A stretch of DNA of 63,136 nucleotides, the filler included. It is 4 parts of 4 records of this genome, joined end to end, with 100 filler letters (N's around TTAATTAATTAA, not from the genome) between each part and the next. Parts side by side here need not be neighbours in the genome. Positions count along the whole stretch, not along the records: positions 1 to 13,188 come from SRR20825006_2118; 3 more parts are not named here. One strand, written 5' to 3'. Both the position numbers and the translations under genes were made by a program. Numbering within the stretch: position 1 is the first letter of the stretch; every line of letters begins with the position of its first letter. Shown one piece after another: positions 1 to 9,655 of the stretch. The notes beneath the pieces were generated by a model. It searched no databases and was not told the DNA's origin. It saw only the letters and a program-made list of their open reading frames with translations.

Positions 1-36
1 GGAATGGCTGTTTTGGATGATGGTTCGTTTTGACAT
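1..36 (-). CDS. 5' end of a CDS running off the window edge (MSKRTIIQNSHS...)
   Basis: ATG at 36 on minus strand with GGAG 6 nt upstream; only 12 codons visible. Confidence 0.4.
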   Translation of the reverse strand, partial: MSKRTIIQNSHS

Positions 37-490
37 CAAATACTCCGTCTGCGTTGTTGACGAAGTAGTATATTAAATAAACCTAGCGTCAATTAGGCAC
101 TTGCAATACACTTGGTAGGTCTAGGGATACCTGGAGGTGGATAAGTTCTTCCACGCCCTGTTTCCAATCGCAGTCCGCATTTATTATCTTTCATTCCGGC
201 AGACGAAACAGCATAAGCCATCCTCGCATGCAGATAGTTGAAGGTGTTCTCGGAGCTGGCAATACGAAGATGCAGGCGCTTGTCGATTGCATCGTCGATA
301 GAGACCAGCAGCGCACATTTAGGGCTGCGGTTCTCGAACCATCAGTGATGCGAGGCCATCAGTCTGCACCAGTTCGCACGCGGGACAACCTGCCCAAAGC
401 GCCCGTTTGGGTCTCGGATTTACGGAAGCCGAAGGCGGGCTTTCCACTGGCGCAATTGCCAGCGAACGACGTGGCGAATAACGTGGCCGC

Positions 491-1303
491 ATGAAAACAG
501 AAATTATATTTTTTTCGCCAGAACGACAGGCGTTTATTGATAAGTATGAACGCGCGGATCGCAGTGTCGTTGGCTTCGCCATGGATTATCCACGTGGGCT
601 TTCCTCGGGGAGGCACAGCCATCCAAAAGCGCAACTTGTCTACGCGATCTCGGGGTTGATGCGCGTGGAAACCGCAAACGCTTTGTTCCTGCTTCCACCG
701 ACCAAGGCCTTGTTTCTGCCTGCGGACGAAGCGCATTCCATCTCCATGGAGGGCGATGTCGCGATGCGTGAATTGTTCATCGAACGAACCATGGCTGCGG
801 CTCTCGTCCAGGAACCGCGAGTGCTGACGTTTAGTCCGCTGCTGCGGGAACTGATCCTTGCAATTTGTGCCGAACCGGTGGACTGGCCCCCTGACGGGCG
901 ATGCCCGCATATCATCGCCCTTATCATCGACGAAGTCGGACGTGCCAAAACCCTGATGACCCGCCTTCCGCAACTGCAGGAAGCGCGTTTGTCCAAGATC
1001 GCGCGAGCCATCGTCGAAAATCCTGCCGATCCACGAACGCTTGATGACTGGGCCGAAGTTTGTGGCGCATCGACGCGGACGCTGGCGCGGCTGTTTCTTC
1101 ACGATACCGGGATGACCTTTGGGCAATGGCGGTTACAGGCGCGCCTGAACGCGGCGTTCGCCCTGATGATGACCAACGGAGAAATAGACCGCATCGCCCA
1201 GAAGGTCGGCTTCAGCAGTCAATCCGCGCTCGGGGTCGCGTTCCGCCGAACCTTTGGCATGACCCCGGCACAAGCCCGGAAACTGCATCTCGACGGACCC
1301 TAG
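491..1303 (+). CDS. AraC-family transcriptional regulator (cupin sensor + C-terminal HTH)
   Basis: HSHPKAQLVYA cupin motif; C-terminal SRTLARLF...GMTFGQWR...IAQKVGFSSQSAL...FRRTFGMTP-like AraC HTH. Confidence 0.92.
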   Translation: MKTEIIFFSPERQAFIDKYERADRSVVGFAMDYPRGLSSGRHSHPKAQLVYAISGLMRVETANALFLLPPTKALFLPADEAHSISMEGDVAMRELFIERTMAAALVQEPRVLTFSPLLRELILAICAEPVDWPPDGRCPHIIALIIDEVGRAKTLMTRLPQLQEARLSKIARAIVENPADPRTLDDWAEVCGASTRTLARLFLHDTGMTFGQWRLQARLNAAFALMMTNGEIDRIAQKVGFSSQSALGVAFRRTFGMTPAQARKLHLDGP

Positions 1304-1398
1304 TCTTTGTCCGTTTCGCAACAAGACTTGTCCTTCTGTTTTTCAGACGAGCCGTCGATACTGCATGACAGAACATGACCGCATCGAGAGGAAGTCTT

Positions 1399-1791
1399 AT
1401 GGGCAAGGAACTGTTTTCCGAAATTGGCGTCATCCGCGCGGCGGATCTTGAAGAGGGACCGATCACGCTAGGGCAAATCCGTCGCAAAGCGCTGGAAGTC
1501 GGGGAGCTTTGGGTCGGCGAATGTCATGTTACTGCGCTGGATCAACCAAGCCAGTGGCACCACCACAATGACTTCGACAGCATCATGTATATGCTCTCGG
1601 GCCGCATCCGCGTCGATCACGGCCCGGGCGGGACGCAATCTTTCGAACTCGGAGCGGGTGACTACGCCTATTTCCCACGCCGTGTGATTCACCGGGCGCA
1701 GATCCTGCAGGGTGGAGATGACGTACGGTATGTCTTCGTCAGGATCGGCGAGGGCGAGACGCTGGAAAACGTGGCCGGTCCTGAGGCCTGA
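1399..1791 (+). CDS. Cupin-domain protein
   Basis: WHHH...YMLSGRIRV and GDYAYFPRRVIH cupin motifs; ATG 1399 preceded by GAGGA (alternative start 1375). Confidence 0.8.
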   Translation: MGKELFSEIGVIRAADLEEGPITLGQIRRKALEVGELWVGECHVTALDQPSQWHHHNDFDSIMYMLSGRIRVDHGPGGTQSFELGAGDYAYFPRRVIHRAQILQGGDDVRYVFVRIGEGETLENVAGPEA

Positions 1792-1834
1792 AGGTGCCGG
1801 ATCGGCCAGTCGAACATTAAAGAAGGAGCCTGAA

Positions 1835-2557
1835 ATGGCGGAAGACCTGTCCACATGGACCCAGCGCCCCAAACCCCGAACCGAGCCGATGAACGGACGG
1901 TTCGTCCGGCTGGAAAAGCTCGATCCGGCAAGGCATGCGGACGGCCTTTTCGATGCCTCGGCCCAACCGGATGGGGACGAGCGGTTCCGCTGGTTGCCCA
2001 ATGTCCCGCCAAGCGACCGCGACGTCTTTCGCACCTGGGTGGAGCAGTCGGCAGCAAGCGAGGATCCGCTGTTCTTTGCTGTGATCGACAAAGTATCGGG
2101 CAAGGTTGCAGGACGGCAAACCTTCATGCGGATCGATGCGGGAAACGGTGTGGCCGAGATTGGCCATATCTACTGGGGGCCATTGATGTCACGAAAGCCA
2201 GCGGCAACCGAGGCCCTGTTCCTGTTTGCCCGTCACATCTTTGACGACCTCGGCTATCGCCGCTTCGAGTGGAAATGCGACAACGAAAACCTGCCGTCCA
2301 AACGGTCAGCACACCGTTTCGGTTTCCAGCACGAGGGGGTGTTTCACCAGCACTTGATCGTGAAAGGACGGAACCGGGACACCGCATGGTTCGCGATGCT
2401 TGACAAAGATTGGACGAAGTTACGGCCTGCCTATGAGGCTTGGCTTGCGCCGGAGAACTTTGATGCCGAGGGCTTGCAAAGGAAGACGCTTGAGGGTTTC
2501 CGCGAGGAGTTATGTGTCCTTCCATCTCAGTCGAAGAGGCCGCCCGCCGAACGCTGA
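1835..2557 (+). CDS. GNAT acetyltransferase, RimJ/RimL-like
   Basis: AEIGHIYWG, LGYRRFEWKCDNEN..S..SA.RFGF.HEG, KGRNRDTAWF motifs; AAGGAG RBS before ATG 1835. Confidence 0.9.
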   Translation: MAEDLSTWTQRPKPRTEPMNGRFVRLEKLDPARHADGLFDASAQPDGDERFRWLPNVPPSDRDVFRTWVEQSAASEDPLFFAVIDKVSGKVAGRQTFMRIDAGNGVAEIGHIYWGPLMSRKPAATEALFLFARHIFDDLGYRRFEWKCDNENLPSKRSAHRFGFQHEGVFHQHLIVKGRNRDTAWFAMLDKDWTKLRPAYEAWLAPENFDAEGLQRKTLEGFREELCVLPSQSKRPPAER

Positions 2558-2559
2558 AA

Positions 2560-3180
2560 TCCTGCTGTTTCCACTGGCAGCCGCGCATGATGATCGGGAA
2601 ATCTGGGCTCACCACCCCGGCACGGCGCTGACGGTCTCCACCGCGCACGATCCTTGATCGTGAGGCCACCACAACGTTCGGTGCGCAGATTGGTACCCGC
2701 ACAATAGAATTGGTCGATGAGATAACCGTGGGCACCGTGCATCTCGGCGATGTTTTGCTCGTTCGTGGCGACGCCGCGCGGCTCTCCCGGGGAGTCCAAA
2801 CCGGAGTGGTTCTCCACCGGCGCATCAGGCTCCCAGCCATTGATGTAGCGGGCGCTCCGGTGTGCCGGATTTGGGGCTATGCGTTCGCCCGCTTCGTGAA
2901 TGGCGACGAGAACGTTCTTCCAGTCTGCCAGCGCCTGTTCACCGTGAAAGAACGGAATGCCCGCATCATTGCGTGATGTCGGATGGTCGACCACCGTACC
3001 TTCGGACAGGATCAGCCCCACACTACCTTCGTCCCGCCGCTGATAATAGACTGCGCTGACCGGTCCTGGAATGCCTTCAGGAGAGAATCGGCGCGACATC
3101 GGCACCATGACGATGTGGCTTTTCAGGTCGAGCGACCGGGTGGTGAACGGGTGGAACAAGCTGCTGGAATCGGGATGGGC
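2560..3180 (-). pseudogene. Degraded NADH:flavin oxidoreductase (Old Yellow Enzyme family)
   Basis: IVM.PM.R, YYQRR.EG.VGLILSEGT and HGAHGYLIDQF motifs present, but the helix before HGAHGY is missing, similarity is lost after DRAR, no proper ATG, C-terminal half absent. Confidence 0.8.
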
Positions 3181-3281
3181 GTGACAGAGACTCTGTTTTC
3201 AATTATGAAGTATGGTATACGTTGTAGACTTGGCGTCATTCAGGCACCTAAAATCGCCTTGGTATATTGAAGGAAACTACC

Positions 3282-3653
3282 ATGCTTGAACTTGAACCCC
3301 TCTGCTTTTCGTCAGAATGCCCGAGCCGGGCATTATTCGATCAGATCGCCGACAAATGGTCGATGATGGTTCTGGCCGTGCTCGACGACGGACCGCTGCG
3401 GTTCAACGCTATCCGTCGCAGGCTGCAAGGCGTCACTCAGAAGGCGCTTACCCAGTGCCTTCGCCGGTTGGAACGCAACGGTTTGATCGCGCGAGACGTT
3501 ATTTCGCTTTCGCCGGTTGCGGTTCAGTATCAGATCACGCCACTTGGGCGAACACTGCAGCAGCCGTTTCGAGCCCTGCACGAGTGGACGCTCGAAAAGC
3601 TGCCCGAGGTTGATGCCGCACGGGAGGCGTTCGACGCTATGAACAGCAAATAG
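3282..3653 (+). CDS. HxlR-family winged-helix regulator
   Basis: CPSR..FDQIADKWSMMVL..L.DGPLRF..I.R.L.GVTQK.LTQ.LR.LERNGL signature; divergent from the OYE remnant. Confidence 0.9.
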   Translation: MLELEPLCFSSECPSRALFDQIADKWSMMVLAVLDDGPLRFNAIRRRLQGVTQKALTQCLRRLERNGLIARDVISLSPVAVQYQITPLGRTLQQPFRALHEWTLEKLPEVDAAREAFDAMNSK

Positions 3654-3809
3654 ACGCGGTGCGATGGCGAGGCTGCAAAAGCGGCGGTGCAGGAAGAGGT
3701 GGGACTGGCCTGGTATCTCCAACCCTACCAGCGCTATTTAAAGTGCCTGATTGACGCCTAGTCTACAATATATACTTATGGCTCTATCACGAAACGATGG
3801 AGCTTTCCT

Positions 3810-4004
3810 ATGCGTAATAATCTTGAATTCTACATCAACGGGTTGTGGGTACAGCCAGCCGGCAATGATGTGGTGGACGTTATCAATCCCGCAGACGAAT
3901 CCGTCGTTGGCCGGGTCGCGTTGGGCGATGTCAGTGACGTCGACAAAGCAGTTTCAGCCGCCCGCAAGGCGTTCGAAATATATTCAGTTTTGAACGCTCA
4001 TTGA
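3810..4004 (+). pseudogene. N-terminal fragment of an aldehyde dehydrogenase
   Basis: FYINGLWV.P...DVINPADE.VVGRV..G...DVDKAVSAARKAF then stop at 64 aa (family norm is roughly 480 aa); GGAG RBS. Confidence 0.8.
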
Positions 4005-4625
4005 CATCCTCCCAGCAATCTGGCGTTCTAAACGCCAGCTACTCGGATTCTGCAGCCAGAAGTGAACAGTCTGAAATCCACCCCTGACCGGACATTTAAC
4101 TTGATAAAACCCAGGGATTTCGAGTGACTTCATTGTTCAGCAGACCGGCCGATCTGCCGGCCATGTCGAAGACATGCCAATGCTGGACAAACCCGGGCGT
4201 CAGAAATGTCACGGTCAAAGTGGCCTGATGATCGAGACGAAGCGCCAGGTGGGCAATCACCAGAGCCAGGAACACGCTGGAGGTCATCAGCACGCTGTGG
4301 ACGATGATGCTCGTCCATGGCGACCGGCCCGCAACAACGGTTCGGACAAGCCGCAACTCATCGACACTTTGAGCAGGCGAGCACCTCTCTCTGCCCCCCA
4401 GCCTATCGAAAATTCGCGCTTTTCATATGAGATTTTTATGTCTTGATCTCTTCGCCACTCTCGAACGCTTATGCAGTTCAGCGCCATATTGTCGCCAAGT
4501 TCAGTGAGCGGGCACGGAGGATTAGGTCTCCGTGCACTTTCGCAATGGGCATTCCACCTTGTGATTATAACGCTCAGTGACAAGTGTGGGTCGAAAGTAG
4601 CCCACCGGACAAGGAGATGCGACAA

Positions 4626-4715
4626 ATGATACTTGAGTACTTTCTCAGCGGCGCGGTGACGTTGTTCGTCGCCGCCTATCTGATTTACGCACTGCTTCGG
4701 CCGGAGCGCTTCTGA
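4626..4715 (+). CDS. kdpF: K+-transporting ATPase subunit F (29 aa, MILEYFLSGAVTLFVAAYLIYALLRPERF)
   Basis: Hand translation; diagnostic YL.YALLRPERF C-terminus; AAGGAG RBS at 4611-4616; below ORF-track cutoff. Confidence 0.92.
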   Translation: MILEYFLSGAVTLFVAAYLIYALLRPERF

Positions 4716-4735
4716 GTTCCCGAAGGTCCAGTCCG

Positions 4736-4924
4736 ATGAAACAGGCGGCACGGACCATCGGGGAACGGCTTGGACAGTTCCTCAAATCCTTCAATCCGCG
4801 AGCCGAATTCCTGACATCGGAAAAGCATCTCCGGGCATCGAACATCATCCTCGCCATGACCGTGGCGATGCTGCTGCTCGTGTTCGGCGCCCGGTTTCTT
4901 GCTGACCTTCTCGGGCACGGCTGA
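4736..4924 (+). CDS. Small single-TM protein (62 aa) between kdpF and kdpB
   Basis: AAGGT upstream; C-terminal hydrophobic helix [16 protein letters not shown]; operon position. Confidence 0.55.
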   Translation: MKQAARTIGERLGQFLKSFNPRAEFLTSEKHLRASNIILAMTVAMLLLVFGARFLADLLGHG

Positions 4925-4964
4925 ACGGGCCAAACCGTCATTGACCAACATGCTGGAGTCACGC

Positions 4965-7037
4965 ATGAGCCAGTCTCAATCCGCGAGCCTGTTCGATGCT
5001 CGCATTCTTATCCCCGCGCTTGGGGGCGCATTCAGAAAACTTAATCCGCGTACGTTGGCGAAGAACCCGGTGATGTTCGTCGTCGGCGTCGTCTCGGTTC
5101 TGACGACAGTGCTGTTCCTCAAGGACGTCGCGACCGGCGCTGCGGATCTCGGCTTTTCCTTCCAGATCATTCTATGGCTTTGGTTCACGATCCTGTTCGC
5201 GAACTTCGCGGAAGCGGTCGCGGAGGGGCGCGGCAAGGCGCAGGCCGACTCGCTTCGCCGTTCGCGCACCGAGACCCAGGCCAAACTCTTTTCCAATCCG
5301 GGCAGCAACGAGGTCAAGCTCGTACCCGGAACGGGCCTGAAGGCAGGCGATGTCGTGCTGGTCGAGGCGGGCGATATCATCCCGTCCGACGGCGAGATCA
5401 TCGAGGGCATCGCCTCGGTGAATGAGGCGGCGATCACGGGCGAGTCCGCACCGGTCATCCGTGAGTCCGGCGGCGACCGTTCGGCGGTGACCGGCGGCAC
5501 ACAAGTGCTGTCCGACTGGATCAAGGTCAGGATCACGGCCGAGGCGGGCTCCACCTTCATCGACCGCATGATCGCCCTCGTCGAGGGTGCCGAGCGTCAG
5601 AAGACGCCGAACGAAATCGCGCTGAACGTCATGCTTGCCGGTCTGACGCTGATCTTCGTCATGGCGACAGCTACGATCCCCGCCTTCGCCGCCTATGCCG
5701 GCGGGTCCATTCCGATCATCGTACTGGTGGCGCTGTTCGTAACGCTGATCCCGACGACGATCGGCGCGCTGCTATCGGCAATCGGTATTGCCGGCATGGA
5801 CCGACTGGTGCGTTTCAATGTGCTCGCCATGTCGGGCCGTGCCGTCGAGGCGGCAGGCGACGTCGATACGCTGTTGCTCGACAAGACCGGAACGATCACG
5901 CTCGGCAACCGCCAGGCAACCGAATTTCGTCCGGTAAAAGGCGTCACCGAACAGGAATTGGCCGACGCGGCGCAACTTGCCTCCATCGCCGACGAGACGC
6001 CGGAAGGCCGCTCTATCGTCGTGCTCGCAAAGGACAAATACGGCATTCGCGGGCGGGACATGCAGTCGCTGCACGCGACTTTCGTGCCGTTCACCGCGCA
6101 GAACCGCATGTCGGGCGTCGACCTTGACGGGTCGTCGATCCGCAAGGGCGCCGTCGACGCCGTTCTGAAATATGTCGAACAGGCATCGGCCGCGAACGGA
6201 TCGACGCGCACCAGCGCCGAGAGCAAGCGCGAACTCGATATGATCGCCAACGACATCGCCAAGAGCGGCGGTACGCCACTTGCTGTCGTCAAGGATGGCG
6301 TGCTGCTCGGCGTCATCCATCTCAAGGACATCGTCAAGGGCGGCATTCGCGAGCGTTTCGCCGAGCTGCGCCGCATGGGCATTCGCACGGTGATGATCAC
6401 CGGCGACAATCCGATGACGGCGGCGGCGATCGCTGCCGAGGCCGGCGTCGACGATTTTCTCGCCGAGGCCACACCGGAAAACAAGCTGACGCTGATCCGC
6501 GAGGAGCAGGCCAAGGGCAAGCTCGTCGCCATGTGCGGCGACGGCACCAACGACGCCCCCGCGCTCGCCCAGGCCGATGTCGGGGTGGCGATGAACACCG
6601 GCACGGTTGCCGCGCGCGAAGCCGGCAACATGGTCGATCTGGATTCCGATCCGACCAAGCTGATCGAGATCGTCGAGATCGGCAAGCAGCTTTTGATGAC
6701 GCGCGGGGCGCTGACCACCTTCTCGATCGCCAACGACGTCGCGAAGTATTTCGCGATCGTCCCGGCCATGTTCATCGCGCTTTATCCGCAACTCGGCGTA
6801 CTCAACATCATGGGGCTGGCAACGCCGCAAAGCGCGATCCTGTCGGCGATCATCTTCAACGCGCTCGTCATCATCGCCCTCATCCCGCTGTCGCTCAAGG
6901 GCGTTGCCTACAAGGCCATCGGCGCGGACGGGCTTTTGCGGCGCAACCTTCTCATCTACGGGCTTGGCGGCCTGATCGCGCCCTTCATCGGCATCAAGGC
7001 GATCGACCTCGCCATCACCGCCATCGGCCTCGCCTGA
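4965..7037 (+). CDS. kdpB: K+-transporting P-type ATPase subunit B
   Basis: TGES, DKTGT, KGA, TGDN, GDGTND motifs; GGAG RBS before ATG 4965. Confidence 0.97.
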   Translation: MSQSQSASLFDARILIPALGGAFRKLNPRTLAKNPVMFVVGVVSVLTTVLFLKDVATGAADLGFSFQIILWLWFTILFANFAEAVAEGRGKAQADSLRRSRTETQAKLFSNPGSNEVKLVPGTGLKAGDVVLVEAGDIIPSDGEIIEGIASVNEAAITGESAPVIRESGGDRSAVTGGTQVLSDWIKVRITAEAGSTFIDRMIALVEGAERQKTPNEIALNVMLAGLTLIFVMATATIPAFAAYAGGSIPIIVLVALFVTLIPTTIGALLSAIGIAGMDRLVRFNVLAMSGRAVEAAGDVDTLLLDKTGTITLGNRQATEFRPVKGVTEQELADAAQLASIADETPEGRSIVVLAKDKYGIRGRDMQSLHATFVPFTAQNRMSGVDLDGSSIRKGAVDAVLKYVEQASAANGSTRTSAESKRELDMIANDIAKSGGTPLAVVKDGVLLGVIHLKDIVKGGIRERFAELRRMGIRTVMITGDNPMTAAAIAAEAGVDDFLAEATPENKLTLIREEQAKGKLVAMCGDGTNDAPALAQADVGVAMNTGTVAAREAGNMVDLDSDPTKLIEIVEIGKQLLMTRGALTTFSIANDVAKYFAIVPAMFIALYPQLGVLNIMGLATPQSAILSAIIFNALVIIALIPLSLKGVAYKAIGADGLLRRNLLIYGLGGLIAPFIGIKAIDLAITAIGLA

Positions 7038-7055
7038 CCACAAGGAGTTCGGCAC

Positions 7056-7136
7056 ATGACCATCCTCTATCTCATTCTCGGCCTGGCGGTCTTCGGGCTG
7101 TTGCTCGTCATGACCAATGCCGTCGACCGCGCCTGA
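7056..7136 (+). CDS. 26-aa hydrophobic peptide (MTILYLILGLAVFGLLLVMTNAVDRA) between kdpB and kdpA
   Basis: Hand translation; AAGGAG RBS at 7042-7047; fills the kdpB-kdpA gap; one TM helix. Confidence 0.7.
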   Translation: MTILYLILGLAVFGLLLVMTNAVDRA

Positions 7137-7163
7137 CCTTTCAACGATGTCGGAGACTTACCG

Positions 7164-8837
7164 ATGCTGACACAATCCGTTCTCTTCGTCGTCCTCATCG
7201 TGGGAGGCACGGCGCTCATCTCCTGGCCGCTCGGCCGCTACATGAAATGGGCCATGGACCCGAACAAGGGCGAGGCCGGCGGCCTCACCCGCCTCTTCCA
7301 GTCGGTCGGCGGTTCCGTATGCGCGCAAGACCAGAACTGGAAGCGCTACATGGTCGCGATGCTGGTCTTCAACGTCGTCATGTTCGTGGTCACCTTCGGC
7401 TTTCTTGCCCTGCAACAGCTTCTGCCGCTCAACCCCGACGGCAAGGGGGCGTTGGACGGCAGCCTGATCTTCAACACGGCGGCGTCCTTCACCTCCAATA
7501 CCAACCTGCAGCACTATTCGGGTGAGGTGTCGCTCAGCTACCTGTCGCAGCTCGGCGGCCTGATGTGGCTGCAGTTCGTCTCGGCGGCCACCGGTATCGC
7601 GGCGCTCGCCGCGCTCGCCCGCGGGCTTGCCGGAAAGCCGCTCGGCAACTTCTTCATCGACCTGCAGCGCGCGTCCCTCCTGGTCCTGCTGCCGGTCGCT
7701 TTCCTCGTCGCGATCCTTCTGGTTGTTGGCGGCGTGCCGATGACTTTCGACGGGGCGGCCGTCACGACAACACTGGAAGGCGTACAGCAGACCATTGCGC
7801 GCGGTCCGGTTGCCGCCTTCGTGTCGATCAAACAGCTCGGCACCAATGGCGGTGGCTTCTTCGGCCCCAACTCGACCCATCCGCTGGAGAACCCCAGCTT
7901 CTGGACCAACATTATCGAGATGGTCGCCATCATCCTGATCCCCATGGCCTGTGTGTGGATGTTCGGCCGGATCATCGAGCGCAAGCGCCACGCCATGGTG
8001 ATATTCGCGGTGATGCTGGGTTTCATTGCGCTCAAGATCACCGGCGCGGTCTATTTCGAATCCGCTCCCACTCAGGCCTTCGCCAACCTGCCGATTGAAC
8101 AGACCGTCGGCAATCTCGAGGGCAAGGAACTGCGCTTCGGCGCTACCGGCGGTCCGCTCTGGTCAGTGCTGACCACGTCGACCTCGAACGGTTCGGTCGG
8201 CGCCATGCATGACAGCCTCAATCCGATGACCGGCCTGATGCCGATGGTCGGCATGTGGCTCAATTCCACCTTCGGCGGCGTCGGCGTCGGCATGATCAAC
8301 ATGTTTCTCTATATCGTCGTCGGCGTCTTCATTGCCGGCATGATGATCGGGCGCACCCCGGAATATCTCGGCTGGCGCGTGGAAGCGCGGGAAGTGAAGT
8401 TCGCGCTGTTCGCGCTTTTGGCGCACGGCTTCTTCATTCTGGGGGGCACCGCCATCTTCGCGGCGACGCCGTGGGGGGCCGATACGCTCAACAATGTCGG
8501 ACCGCATGGCTTTTCCGAGATGCTTTACGAGTTCACGTCGGCCAGCGCCAACAACGGCTCCGGCTTCGAAGGGCTCGGCGATGGCACCGTGCCGTGGAAC
8601 ATCGCGACCGGGATCGTCATGCTCTTCGCACGGTTCATCCCGATCATCCTGCCGCTCGCGATAGTCGGCTCGCTGTCGGCCAAACGTCGCAGCGTCGAAT
8701 CGAGCGGAACGCTCAGCGTCGAAAGCGGTGTCTTCGCCGCGATGCTCGCTTCGACGATCTTCGTCATCGGCGCGCTCACCTTCTTCCCGGCGGCGACGCT
8801 CGGCCCGATTGCCGAACACGTCATGTTCATGAACTGA
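7164..8837 (+). CDS. kdpA: K+-transporting ATPase subunit A
   Basis: Four pore-loop motifs SNTNLQHY, LGTNGGGFFG, TSNGSV, ANNGSGF; GRTPEYLG. Confidence 0.97.
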   Translation: MLTQSVLFVVLIVGGTALISWPLGRYMKWAMDPNKGEAGGLTRLFQSVGGSVCAQDQNWKRYMVAMLVFNVVMFVVTFGFLALQQLLPLNPDGKGALDGSLIFNTAASFTSNTNLQHYSGEVSLSYLSQLGGLMWLQFVSAATGIAALAALARGLAGKPLGNFFIDLQRASLLVLLPVAFLVAILLVVGGVPMTFDGAAVTTTLEGVQQTIARGPVAAFVSIKQLGTNGGGFFGPNSTHPLENPSFWTNIIEMVAIILIPMACVWMFGRIIERKRHAMVIFAVMLGFIALKITGAVYFESAPTQAFANLPIEQTVGNLEGKELRFGATGGPLWSVLTTSTSNGSVGAMHDSLNPMTGLMPMVGMWLNSTFGGVGVGMINMFLYIVVGVFIAGMMIGRTPEYLGWRVEAREVKFALFALLAHGFFILGGTAIFAATPWGADTLNNVGPHGFSEMLYEFTSASANNGSGFEGLGDGTVPWNIATGIVMLFARFIPIILPLAIVGSLSAKRRSVESSGTLSVESGVFAAMLASTIFVIGALTFFPAATLGPIAEHVMFMN

Positions 8838-8853
8838 TCCGGAGATCCGAAAG

Positions 8854-9408
8854 ATGCAACTTCTTCTCTCAAGTATTCGCATCGCCGCGGCGACCATGCT
8901 GATTTGTGTCGCCGGTTATGCAACCGCCGTCTGGGCCGTGGCTCAGGCGATCGCTCCCGACACGGCCAATGGTTCGCTGATCGTCGGAGCGAGCGGTCAA
9001 GTCGTCGGCAGTCGCCAGGTGGCGCAGGCCTTCACCGAACCGCGCTACTTCTGGCCGAGGCCGTCAGCCGTCGACTATGACGGCGCGGGCGCCGGCGGCA
9101 GCAACAAGTCGCCGACGAGCGCCGATATCGCTGACCGCGGCCGCGATCTGGTGGAACTTTACGGCGCGACACGGGACAATCCGCTCCCGGCCGACCTTGC
9201 GGCAGCGTCCGGAGCAGGTCTGGACCCGCACATCTCCGAGGAAGGCGCGCTCTATCAGGTCTCCCGGATCGCTGAGGCACGTGGACTGGACAGGAGACAG
9301 GTTGAGGGGCTCGTCCGCCAGGAGGCGTTCTCGCCGGGCGGCTTCCTGACCTCGGATCGCATCGTCAACGTCCTCGAGCTCAACATCGCGCTGGATGCGA
9401 TCAACTGA
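8854..9408 (+). CDS. kdpC: K+-transporting ATPase subunit C
   Basis: ANGSLI, YFWPRPSA, SGAGLDPHIS, VNVLELNIALD. Confidence 0.95.
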   Translation: MQLLLSSIRIAAATMLICVAGYATAVWAVAQAIAPDTANGSLIVGASGQVVGSRQVAQAFTEPRYFWPRPSAVDYDGAGAGGSNKSPTSADIADRGRDLVELYGATRDNPLPADLAAASGAGLDPHISEEGALYQVSRIAEARGLDRRQVEGLVRQEAFSPGGFLTSDRIVNVLELNIALDAIN

Positions 9409-9502
9409 ACGCCGGGGCTTTGACGGGTGTCGAACGCATGGGCCCAGGTGTTTGTCCGCAGACCGATAACACCGCACCCATGAGTTGACCTAACCATCAA
9501 TG

Positions 9503-9546
9503 CCGCCTCTGGGATCGATAGATTGCAGGCCCAGAGGCGGTATTTT
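9503..9546 (+). terminator. GC-rich hairpin with short T tract between kdpC and kdpD
   Basis: CCGCCTCTGGG (9503-9513) / CCCAGAGGCGG (9530-9540), then TATTTT; long 16-nt loop. Confidence 0.5.
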
Positions 9547-9655
9547 GGAGCAAGCGACCGCATCCACACCGGAAAGTTGGCGGCCGAATGTTCAATAAGC
9601 TATTGTGTTGTTTGGCTCTTGCATTTGATTGCCTCAAAATGGCGGGAATAACGAG

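Noticed and set aside
78-125. CCTAG/CTAGG inverted elements as a TetR-type operator
   Set aside because: Imperfect symmetry and no cognate regulator in view
4096-4356. Minus-strand hydrophobic ORF as a Kup K+ transporter remnant
   Set aside because: Only faint resemblance and no diagnostic Kup motif; cannot be supported without alignment
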